Notes under the pieces: generated by a model
Databases searched by the model: none
What the model saw: only the letters and a program-made list of their open reading frames with translations
What the model was told of the DNA's origin: nothing
Made by a program: the position numbers and the translations under genes
From: Macrostomum lignano
Taxonomy: Eukaryota
Assembly (NCBI GenBank): GCA_002269645.1
Contig: NIVC01000981.1
Span: 257,948 to 321,947 of the forward strand
Direction of reading: 5' to 3'
Length of the DNA stretch: 64,000 nt
Shown here: in pieces, positions 32,077-58,089 of the stretch
How positions within the stretch are numbered: the stretch's first letter is position 1
Layout: every line of letters begins with the position of its first letter

Positions 32077-32705
32077 GTGTCAGAAGGCGCCAAATCGGGT
32101 GTCAGAAGGCGCTAAATTGTGTGTCAAAAGGCGCTAGATTGTGTCAAAAGGCGCTAGATTGGGTGTCAGAGGGCGCCAATTCTGTTTTCAGAAGGCGCTA
32201 GATGAGTATCAGAAGGCGCCAAAGTGGGTGTCAAAGTGGCGCCAAATCGGGTGTCAGAGTGGCGCCAAATCGGGTGTCAGAGTGGCGCCAAATCGGGTGT
32301 CAGAGTGGCACTAAATCGGGTGTCAGAGTGGCACCAAATCGGGTGTCAGAGTGGCGCCAAATCGGGTGTCAGAGTGGCGCCAAATCGGGTGTCAGAGTGG
32401 CGCCAAATCGGGTGTCAGAGTGGCGCCAAATCGGGTGTCAGAGTGGCACCAAATCGGGTGTCAGAGTGGCACCAAATCGGGTGTCAGAGTGGCGCCAAAT
32501 CGGGTGTCAGAGTGGCACCAAATCGGGTGTCAGAGTGGCACCAAATCGGGTGTCAGAGTGGCACCAAATCGGGTGTCAGAGTGGCACCAAATCGGGTGTC
32601 AGGAAGCGCCAATTTTGGTGTCTGATTAGAAGGCACCAAACCGGGTGTTAGAAGGTGCCAATTGTGGTGTCAGAGGGCGCTATATTGGATGTTAGAAGGC
32701 GCCAA
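32077..32705. repeat. 23-bp minisatellite GTGGCGCCAAATCGGGTGTCAGA
   Basis: About two dozen units. Confidence 0.95.
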
Positions 32706-33717
32706 ACAAACTATTTCAATATTATAAAGGCTTACAAAGGCATAATACTGTCTGTCATCCAGTCAGATGAATAATTAAAGCTTAATAGCGTGCCCGTACT
32801 CTGGGACTTGAAGCGCAGTTCCTCTAAGCCCACAAAATAGGTCGCACACGGGCGAGCAACTAATAACTGTGGGTCCCATCTGCAGGCGGAGTTCCGCCTA
32901 GCAACAGCGCCAACAAAGTCGATATAAAGTCGCACGCAAGGAAATGGCCGCAGATTATTGACAGGTGACGCAAGAGCATCAGGTGGGGGCTCCGGTCGGT
33001 TTTTGTTTATCCGGAATGAGAGGGGAAACTGGGGGGAGGGGGTCTGATGACGCAACAGCTTCGAACTTGAAATGGTCAACAAAACTTTAATTAATATTGA
33101 GATTTTCGATACATATCGGCTTGTATGCAGAATTGTCCTAAATTGGATTACAGCGGCCCCGATTCTCATGTACACTCCCAGTGCCTTAGGGGTTGGCCAT
33201 CATGGGTTGTGACTTGCGGTAGTGATCCTTTTGAGTTTAAAGTACTTGGCTCATCTGAAAAGCACTCACACACAGAAAAAAGCCAATACCAATAATTATT
33301 GTAATATTAATAATCGTCTCTAAAATCATTTTTAAATCACTTCAACTGAGTATAATATAAACGGGGCCAAGGTAACGAACGCGTGACTACATTCAAATAA
33401 TAAAAAAAACTGAAAAAAATTGCTGTAGGTAGAGCGCTACTGTAAGTAGTGTGTCATGGCTAAGTATTTACAGGAAATTTCTTGCCACAGTGAGTAAATA
33501 GATAAGCTGGCTTTCACGCAAATAGAAAAGAATCAAAGAAAAAGAATTAAAAATCAAAATTATAGCTTTAATTACTGATTTGATTGCAAATTGGGATTGG
33601 CTTGACAACAAGAAGTACATATGTAGTGTAGATAATATTATTGCCACAAATAGCAGGATAAATTGCAAAAAAAGCAATTATAAAAACTGAACACTTAAGA
33701 AAATGGCCTGCGACAGA

Positions 33718-34322
33718 GCGCCAAGGTGGGCGTCAGGACTGGCGCCAATTTAGGCATAATGGTTGGTGCCAAACTGGTGTCAGGACGGCGCCCAGATGGG
33801 CGTCACGGTTGGCGCCAAATTAGGTGTCATGGTTGGCGCCAAATTAGTTTTCATGGTTGGCGCCAAATTAGTTTTCATGGTTGGCGCCAAATTGAGCGTC
33901 ATGGTTAGCGCAAAATTGGGTGTCATGTTTGGCGCCAAAATGGGTGTCATGGTTAGTGACAAAGTGGGTGTCAGAATGGCGCCTCATTGGGTGTCATGGT
34001 TGGCGCCAAAGTGGGTTTAAGGCAGTTGCAAAGTGGATGTCAGGTTTGGCGCCAAAGTGAGTGTCAGGGTTGGCGCTAAAGTGAGTTTCAGGGTTGGCGC
34101 CAAAGTGAGTGTCAGGGTTGGCGCCAAAGTGAGTGTCAGGGTTGGCGCCAAAGTGAGTGTCAGGGTTGGCGCCAAAGTGAGTGTCAGGGTTGGCGCCAAA
34201 GTGAGTGTCAGGGTTGGCGCCAAAGTGAGTGTCAGGGTTGGCGCCAAAGTGAGTGTCAGGGTTGGCGTCAAAGTGGGTGTCAAGGTTGGCGCCAAAAAAT
34301 TGACGTCAGGTGAAGCGCCAAA
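33718..34322. repeat. 24-bp minisatellite GTTGGCGCCAAAGTGAGTGTCAGG (related to the 23-bp array)
   Basis: About two dozen units, same orientation. Confidence 0.93.
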
Positions 34323-34603
34323 TGTGATCACTGTCACAAAATGTGACAAAAATGTGACCGGCCAGTCAGGGTTTTGAAGCCACATGCTATAAGCAAAAAG
34401 CCGAAACAAAAGAATCAAATAAAAGTACAAATAGGATTGCACAGTCATTTCAGCGACACAGGTCTATAATACACTGCATATTACTAGCTAGGGGCATAGT
34501 AGTATATAGAGAGCAAACAGAATGCAAATAGTATTTTTTATTTAAAATGTCACGGAATGTTTGCTTGCGAAAGTATTTAAATTTAAAACTTGTCAATGAT
34601 TCC

Positions 34604-49827
<15,224 letters not shown>

Positions 49828-51991
49828 GTTTCTTACTGCTGGTTATAGCATGCATAAGGTTATGTAACAATGAGCTTAGTGGTAGAGAAAGAGAACAATT
49901 GATTAAAATCGAGAAGTTATAATGGTGGCTGATACAAATTTAATGATAAAAGGTTCATAACTAAATGTTTAATTAAATATCAGAAGTTATAGAATGTATT
50001 AAACATATGCAAGTTAATAATCTGATTCAATATAGGAACATACTTTTGGTGGTATTTTCTGCAGAACAAAGGTTCAATATGTTCTTTGCAACAATATTAT
50101 GCTAACTTGTAGTAAAGTCAGAGCTAATCTAGCGTCTATATGCTAAAACAAAAATAGGCATAAATCAAGTTAAATACTTTTTTAAGTCAATTTATTAGAC
50201 TAGCATATAATGAGTTCTACTACACAAGATTCTTCGTATTCAACTACTACACTTAAATAGCAATCAATTATTCTAACATAAAAGTTCTCACTAAAATAGA
50301 ACTATTTAGAAGAAAAGAGATCTAAAAAATTTTGCAGTGCTACAAAAAAGAAAAAAACTGGCCTACCGCTATATAATGTAACAAAGTCACTAGCAACATA
50401 GTCTCAATAATGATGAAATCTTAATAATGAAAAAAGTTAGAAGAATTTAATAACTTCCTTGCTTACTTCATAATATTGTTTTGAATATTCTGGCTAACTC
50501 TTCAAAATAAATAACTTAGTGTCACACAAGACCGTGATATTAAAAATCGGATATAGGAAGTTTCAAGTCAAAATAAAAAACTGCCTCATTTATTTGGTTT
50601 TATATTGTGTTTAAAAGCAGTGAAAGTGTTTCTGTAAAAATAAAAAAATGTATAGAATTTTATTACACATAGGCATGTGCTAATTTGCAATATTAAAAAG
50701 TTTGAATTTGTTATACCGAGTATTAGTTCATAAAATTATCGCTTTTCAAAAATTTCGCTGCTTGACAAAAACTTGCGTAGTGATAATTTCAATAGACAGA
50801 GTTGGAGCCTACGTTTCTCTCCTTCGTGTATTCCTCTTTCAAAACTTTGAAACTATATTACAGGGCTATTACAGAATTATTGCAATTTCATTCTCCGTCT
50901 TTGATTATTAAAATTTTTATAGTACATACGTAGATTCAAAAAGCATGACATGATGTACAAGGTTTCTACCATAATCTGTTAAAAAACTTTGAGCAAGTCA
51001 GATTTCAAAACAGCAGTCTCTCAGATGGCACGTTATGTGTAGCTGAGTTGCAATTTGCGAAATATCTTGACAAACCGATAAGTTCTTCATTATTTGTCTT
51101 TATCACTAAGACAAACAATAGAATTTGTGAATTTAAAAAAAATTGTTGGTAGCTTGCCTTATATTATATCTTTGTGTATTTAATATTGTGTTGTGTATTT
51201 GTGTCTAACAGGATCAATTTCATCTCATGGTTGGATCTATCAACTCTTGTAGGACTCAGTTCATAAAATAAACTTTTATCAAAATCTTTTCATTGCTTAT
51301 TTTCGAATTTATATGGGATAATATCCAAATGTAATAAGAATAATATATTATGTAGGACATACATAATCAAAATACAATTGTAGCACTACTACAGGTATAG
51401 CTATATCCCATGCACTTTGCATTTGCTTAGTTTTAATATTCATCTCCATCTAACATAAATTCCATTGATTTAAAGCAAGAAAATTAAACAACATTTTAAT
51501 TTTTATTATTTTCTTAGTACTATGAATTTCAAAAAATTATATAATAATATAATAATAATATATAATAATATTAAGTAATGAAACTTAATTGAACTGTATA
51601 AAAATTGCAATAAATGTTTTAATATTGACTCAAACAATTTTTAAATTCTATCAATGCTAAAAGCTATTAAAAGCTCTTTGAGACATTTTGGTTGAATTTA
51701 ATTATTAGAGTCTCATTTTTACATGGGAAAGTTTTATTAATTTTGCTATCTGACTTTATGGCTTTGTTAAGTCATTAAATGGATATACATTAAAAACTAT
51801 ATAATAGCACTTTTTTGCAAATCAGAATTGTTTTTAAATAGAACAAAATAGATTGAGTCTTTTAAATCAACTCTTTTAGTTAAAGAATCATCACACATGT
51901 AAATTCTTTTTATGAAACTTGAAATTCAGCCCATCTAGCTGCTTCATAAAAATAAAAATAATTCTACATTAAAAGTCTAGCAAGAATCACA

Positions 51992-52713
51992 ATGAAACGA
52001 CAAGCTGCCTCAACAAATGAAAACGACAATGTGGATGCTGATGCAGACAAGGCAGCGCCAAACAAGCGGGCCAAACTCGATGTTGTCGCTTCGCCGCAAT
52101 CTGATGAATCTGGCCCTCGTCAGTCTAGGAATGCGGCTCTGAAACTCAGCATGTACCGATCAATGCTAGACGAAATCAGCTCCGAACTAATCATGCTGGA
52201 GTCTACGCTGGACCTGTTCGCTGCCAGCATACTGTCGGGACCCACTCTGCCGCCAGAAACCGCCGACACCGTGTCTGCCATCCTGCAGCAGACCATCAGC
52301 TCAGTCAATGACTATCTAACCGTGTATGGACCAGCTCGCAGGAGGGAGGAGTGAGTGTTTGGCTTCTAAATAATTAGGCATCAACATTGTTTATAATTAA
52401 ACAGTTTTCCCATCTATAGTTTATTCAAAAGTTTTAGGACTTTGTATGATCAGAAATTCGTATTTTGAAAAAAAAATAATTACTCTATGTTTTTCTTCCC
52501 TAAAACTGTTGTTATTACTGAAAGTAACGTGCGAGAGTTAATAAGTTTAAACAGCATGGTAAATATTTTGTTAAAATATTTGGTTTGCATGTATCTTTTT
52601 GTCAGTTTTTTGATGTTTTGATTAAACTGTTTCTGTTTTTATATTTGGATAGAAAACAATCAAAACAATGTTATATTTTTTATGATTTTTTTTATTTTTA
52701 CAGGCTAAAGTAA
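51992..52713 (+). CDS. Small orphan protein (about 122 aa) with NLS; exon 1 51992-52350, probable exon 2 52704-52713
   Basis: GC-rich ORF island in AT-rich flanks, ATG context TCACAATGA, motif APNKRAKLD, helical C-half. Donor gtgagt at 52351 and acceptor ttttttacag at 52703 give ...RRREELK*; unspliced it ends at TGA 52354. Confidence 0.62.
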
Positions 52714-54079
52714 GTTAAACGTGTACTTAGGAAATGGGGCACTATGACACTTTTTATGATATAATGGGTGTCATTTTTCTTTAACCCCCATGGAAAATGC
52801 CCTTCAACACGTGTAACATTTGCCTCTAATTAGGTTCAACACTTAGTTTTTCGTCAGTACATGCATCGATCAAAACAGGAGTTGTCTCTTTCATTGTGTT
52901 TCATTCGCACTTACCAGTAGCCAGACTTATTCACCTTGATGCCAATTAGTAAAACTAGTTTTACGGGATCGAACAAAGGATACAGCAAACTCACTCTCTT
53001 GCCAAGCACTGTGTTGTAGCTGCTAACCAAATTAATGAAATCGATTCAGTTGACAGAAAAGGAGAGGAGAGGTGCTCTCAGCTGGTGAGCTAGCACTCCT
53101 ATACACACTCATATATCTGATAGATGCTCATATTGAGCATGCACATTAACAACACACTGCTCGGGTTCACGACATTTCGCTGCCCCAATTCGACTGCCTC
53201 GAATTGACTGTTGACCCTAAATCTAACCCTAACCTATAACCTTATCCTAAACCCTAACCAAGTCATAACCAAGTTAAATGGATAGTGGTCAAGCTTTCGG
53301 CGGTCAAATGGCTGGCAATCAAACTCATACACGTATGTTGACCTGCCCCAAAACTCTTCCTGAGCTCACTCTCCACTGCAAAATGCCAAATGTCTGGAGT
53401 ACTGACGAAAAACATGTACTAATTAATGCTAAGTCACAGCTTCATAGAGTCGTCTGCTAAACCATAGGTGCCTATAATAAGGCAAATACACTTTTTTGCC
53501 CCACAGCTAAAAAGAAAAACTTGTTTCCTACCATATTTCCATCATTTCGTCATTGGTGGAGTGGGTTTGAGGGCATGCCATTTCTGTTTCTGCAAGTCAC
53601 ATATCGGTAAATTATTCATCTCTTAGACTTCAGCTTACCAAGCCGATAGGTAAAGAAAGTGCTGCTGTGGACAGACAGAAAGTTTTTCTCGAATCTGAAA
53701 GTTGCATTTGCTTTTCTATAGGTAAGGCAGAAGAAGGCTCTCGTGCTAACCTTGTTCCTTATGTGCCCGTGTACACACTGGTTTCCCTTAACTATTGATG
53801 GAGTTTTTGTTTAAAAGTCTTGAAATATTCATGGGGTTTGGCTTTGTTGGCTTTGTTGGCTTTGTCTCCCACCATAAAATCCATGGCGACGCCCCTGGAA
53901 AGTACTGGAGGGAATGGTCATAGAAGAAATCAGTTAGCTGCAAAAGGACATAAAGTATTTAGATCCGACAAAGGGGTTTCGCTCCCATCGCAACACAATG
54001 GTGCAAATCTTGGCTCTTCCAGGAGGCACGAATATCCGAGTACATTTAAAAAATTCAACACTTCAAATTCAACCGTCGA

Positions 54080-54600
54080 GAGAGACCAGCAAAAACTGAA
54101 AATTTGGTTGCTGCTGCGACGAGTGCTGGCCTGGTGAAAACACGCAGAAAACCGCCGTGCTTTGCGTGCTGGACGACTTCCAGGCTGCGATTTTTGTGCG
54201 GAGGCGCTGATGGATAGGCAACGGGACTTCGTCAGCAATTCGTCTACCTCGGCAGTCTGGTTCGCGAGGATCTGCGGCATCACCGCGGGATAGCCACGAG
54301 GCTTACGTTATATGGCGTCAGAGGGCGGCGTTGTTCCAGGTAGTGCTGCTTTACAGCGTTGAGAATCGTTCCAGCATCAAGTTAACGCCGCGCACGCTGG
54401 CCTGCAATGCGCAGTCTTCAAGATTGGCGATGAGGAAGTTGCCTACGTGGTACTGTATCGTCGCGCGAGCCTGGTGCGTCTACAGCTGACAGGCCGCACC
54501 GAGTCGTTCTGCCTACAGCCAGTGCAGGAAGTCCTGCAGCTGCCTACCGCTGGGACATGCATGATTCTGTCGGCAGTGCGGCCTATGTTTGCGCCCTAGC
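54080..54600 (+). mobile_element. Decayed non-LTR retrotransposon (RTE-like LINE) RT C-terminal fragment
   Basis: Across frameshifts: QQKL/ENLVAAATSAGLV/NTQKTAVLCV, QQFVYLGSLV, VLLYSVE, KIGDEEV, in the order of the LINE motifs GL.IN..KT, FVYLGS, VLLYGSE, ISNEEV. Confidence 0.55.
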
Positions 54601-54956
54601 TCGAAAAGGTGCCCTATGACGCTGATATTGTTTTAAGACCTATCAGGAAATTTTCTTCTGTTGTTGGGCTTTGTACGTTTTTGCATCAGTGTGTATTACA
54701 TCGAAACCAGCGCTTTGTTGTGCTTTTCCGAGGCGAAAGACCTCAAGTTTTGTCGAACTGCCGAACTGCCATGTATTTCGCTTTCCCTTAATAACCGAAT
54801 TCTATCATATGCAGTTCTGCTAGCCAATCAAAAGCGTGCAACTAGGCTCCACTGCTCCATATCCCTTGGTATTTAGTGAGGCCGAAAGCTTGACTCAGAC
54901 AAGTGCTCACGAATTCCAACTGTCCATCATTAAGAAATAAGTCCAGAGTAATAGTT

Positions 54957-56156
54957 ATGCAAGAACACATGCAATTACTGTTTCTAGCCTTGGCTCTAAC
55001 GCTGCAGCCTTCAGACTGCCTGAATCCGTCAACCAACACTGACGGACCCGTCTGCAGAGCCCTGACTCAGAGCGTCGGCCCGCAGTATCTGTCCCAGTGC
55101 CGGTCTATGCAGCCACCCAGTCTCAGTGGTTACAACACAACCGTACACGTGAACATCGATGTGAAGACAGTCTACGGACTAGGCGATGAAGAACTGCTAG
55201 AATGGTCCGGCTGGGTACTGATGTCGTGGCGCGATCCAAGACTAGCCTGGAACGCTACTGAGACTGGCGTGAATCAGATGCGACTTGACAGGAACAGCCT
55301 GTGGATACCCGACATCGGCTATTGGAACGCTAAATCGGTCGAGTTTTTCGATTTGCGCAACTCGAAATTCCTCGAAACAATCGCGTCTCCGGATGGTTCC
55401 GTATTTACTTACATTTACACAGTGACCCAGTTTCCTTGCTCTCTGGATATGCGTCTATTTCCATTTGATCGACAGGTGTGCACACTACAAATTGGAGCTA
55501 TTAACTCGCCATCCAGCGTTTTCAGCTTTACTCTGACCAGCAGAATGAGTGCCAGTACGTCTGATAGCAGCGCTTTCTTTAGCGTAGGCGAGTGGGACTT
55601 GGTCGGACTCACCCACAGCGTCAAGTACATGGCTGGGGCTGCCAACTCCGAGTTTCAGTTCTACAATCTACGATTCTTTCTACAACGTCGCGTGACGTAT
55701 TACGCAATCCTGATGATTGTGCCGTACGAACTGTTGTCGCTACTGGCTAGTATCATGTTCTTCGCTGAGCAGCAGGGCGACCGAGCTAACGTGTCAATCG
55801 CCATCATCATGTCTATGACGCTGTACGTCCTCATCGCCTCTCAATCCGCGCCCAAGTCGATGAACATCATTCCTCTGGTTGGAACATTCCTAATCACCCA
55901 GATGCTTATACTGATCTTCTTCACCTTTGTTGCAGTTTTCCGTTTTCCTCAAGTGGCAGCTCATCGCACGCAGTCCGAGTCCGCTGAGAAACGACGGTCG
56001 ATAATTGCCCGACGCTTGGCCGTTTTTCTGTCCTTTTTAGTGCGGCACAAAGACAAAATCTGCTTTGCTAGCTATTTGGGCGCCAGCGCGTTCAATGCGC
56101 TTTTCTTTCTGTGCATCTGGCCAGCGGCTTCTCGCGATGCTGACTGGATTAAATAA
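54957..56156 (+). CDS. Intronless Cys-loop ligand-gated ion channel subunit (divergent nAChR-like superfamily member), about 399 aa
   Basis: ATG 54957, signal-peptide-like MQEHMQLLFLALALTLQPSDC; WRDPRLAW; LWIPDI; Cys-loop CSLDMRLFPFDRQVC (C-x13-C); GEWDL; M1 with Pro (YYAILMIVPYELLSLLASIMFF); GDR before M2; M3; short loop; DK then M4; no intron. Confidence 0.93.
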   Translation: MQEHMQLLFLALALTLQPSDCLNPSTNTDGPVCRALTQSVGPQYLSQCRSMQPPSLSGYNTTVHVNIDVKTVYGLGDEELLEWSGWVLMSWRDPRLAWNATETGVNQMRLDRNSLWIPDIGYWNAKSVEFFDLRNSKFLETIASPDGSVFTYIYTVTQFPCSLDMRLFPFDRQVCTLQIGAINSPSSVFSFTLTSRMSASTSDSSAFFSVGEWDLVGLTHSVKYMAGAANSEFQFYNLRFFLQRRVTYYAILMIVPYELLSLLASIMFFAEQQGDRANVSIAIIMSMTLYVLIASQSAPKSMNIIPLVGTFLITQMLILIFFTFVAVFRFPQVAAHRTQSESAEKRRSIIARRLAVFLSFLVRHKDKICFASYLGASAFNALFFLCIWPAASRDADWIK

Positions 56157-57416
56157 GGCCTGCGATCAAGAGTGAGAAGTACACGGTGAACTTGACACTA
56201 AACATTTAGCTAACATATCGTTTGCCTTTGCAGTGAGTGACTCCCTGCACCCTGTTTATTCTGTACCCTTTCAGTGAGTCTTATTGCCCTTTTTAAACAC
56301 CATTTTACCTTGTAACGTGTCTCCACCCATAAAATTGTCGAAACTGGTCTATTAACCAGTGGTGTTACATGGTAATTTTTAAAAACTAAATATTACGGTA
56401 CCGTGGCAAAACCCTCTTACGTTTCTCAGAATTCATTCGATGGATTCGACTTTGGAATGCAATTAATTTTCAAAAAACTCTCTACATGTAGAGGTGTCTC
56501 AGTTGTTTCATGCTAACAAGAAGTCAACGGAATAGCTATCTGATATTTGCACTGGCATAAAGTACCTCCTATGTACCTAAAGCACTCTGCAAATACGAAT
56601 TTGAAGTGTCAACATTCAGAAAAGCGTATTTGTTCCTCGTCGCATCGATTGTATATTCATTCAAATTTTTTTCCTTAACGCGAGTATATGTTGTCCGAGT
56701 TTAATTTAATTGGTTTGCTTTCCAATGTTTGGACAATTAATATTTGCACCATTCTGTACCACTTATCTGCACTGCGGATATGCACATGTGGATGGCACAG
56801 GATGACATTCTGGTGGCCGCCAGGATTTTGACAATTTATCTATTTCTCCCCTCTTGTCCCATCTTCCCCAGGCTTTCGTCATCCCTTCTCCATTTCTTTA
56901 ATTTTAGGTTTAGCTTTTTTCGATCAAATTTTCACACTTGTGGTGCCGAATATTTTGGCTTGACCAGTTTTTGGACCATCTGTTTGTGCAATTGATTTTT
57001 TGTATTACAAAGTCAAGATTTATTACTTTATATCTATTTTCTACTGATTTTTCTCCCATATCTCTGGCCTTTCCCCTTTAGAGTTCGGCCTCTCCGTACT
57101 GTCGCACCGTAGCTTTTAGCTTGAGTCGCACCGTAGCTTGAAGGACCTGCCTGTGTGTGCGTGTATGTGTGTGTGTGTGTGCATGCAAAGCACGACATTG
57201 ATTGAGTACCCCAAATTGACTGCCACTATTTGACCGCCGAGCATTTTGATTGACTCTACTCGTGCTTTTACTTTTTTCTGCCATTTTCATTCTCCCATAC
57301 TCCAATAAAGCTCTGAGACCTGAGGCTAGCAGATAGTTTTGCAGCTCTACTTTTTGACTCTGCTCATTTTTTGCCCAGCAAGGCGCCTTTTTATGTAGAT
57401 TTCTCGGGTCTATGAA

Positions 57417-57612
57417 ATTTGCTTGCGAGAAGTTTGCTTGCCGAAGTTTGCTTGCGGGACTTTTGCTTGCCGAAGTCTGCTTGCCGAACTTTGCTTGCGG
57501 AATTTTGCCGGCCGAAGTTTGCTTGCCGAGCTTTGCTTGCCGAAGTTTGCTTGCCGAACTTTGCTTGCAGGAACTTTGCTTGCCGAGATTTGCCAGCCAC
57601 AGTTTTCTTGCG
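57417..57612 (+). repeat. Left arm: 14-bp tandem array (TTGCTTGCCGAAGT-like)
   Basis: Reverse complement of the array at 62765-63075, including the shared outer variant TTGCTTGCGAGAAG. Confidence 0.85.
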
Positions 57613-57848
57613 GAACCTTAGAGAACCTATTATTGAGCTCTTGTATTTCTAATTTTTGTTATCCAAGATTCGTGGAAGTCGCCTATAGTGTTATGATTTT
57701 GTATGAGGATATGGCGGATTTGAAAAGCCCTAATGCAGAACATCGTAAGATCGTTCTTAGCTCCCATCTCCGTAGTGTAAAAGTTCCGACGTACGATCGA
57801 ACTTACGCTACGACAGCTTTATATTGCGACCCCTAAATTCTTAGAATG

Positions 57849-58089
57849 TGTGAGCCATTGATTTGCTATAGAGCGCCCACCCCATTTTTCCGGGTCCGTA
57901 CGTCAGCCGGCTTTCTCTCTCTATCTCTCGCCCCCTTATCTGTACTCGTAGTAAGCAAAGTGTACATTTACGACCACCACCCCACGCAATGCAGTAGCCG
58001 ACTAAATATTAAATAAATAACATCGTCTCGCCCACTGTGGCTTTCGTGCTTCTTCGTGCAACTGCCAAATCATGCATTAAACTCTTACA
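57849..58089 (+). repeat. 5' LTR (241 bp)
   Basis: TGTGAG...CTTACA, direct repeat of 62363-62603; contains an AT-rich TATA-like stretch and AATAAA. Confidence 0.97.

Noticed and set aside
32732-33175. ORF with PFPCVRLYIDFVG resembling the integrase motif P..R.HIDFAGP
   Set aside because: A single short motif with no other integrase residues recognisable; could be chance
53820-54137. ORF with a signal-peptide-like start (MKYSWGLALLALLAL)
   Set aside because: It starts at TTG, the hydrophobic part comes from a 9-bp duplication, and the 3' part overlaps the LINE relic
56148-56200. PolyA tail or TSD marking the channel gene as a recent retrocopy
   Set aside because: None visible; the retrogene origin remains inference from the lack of introns
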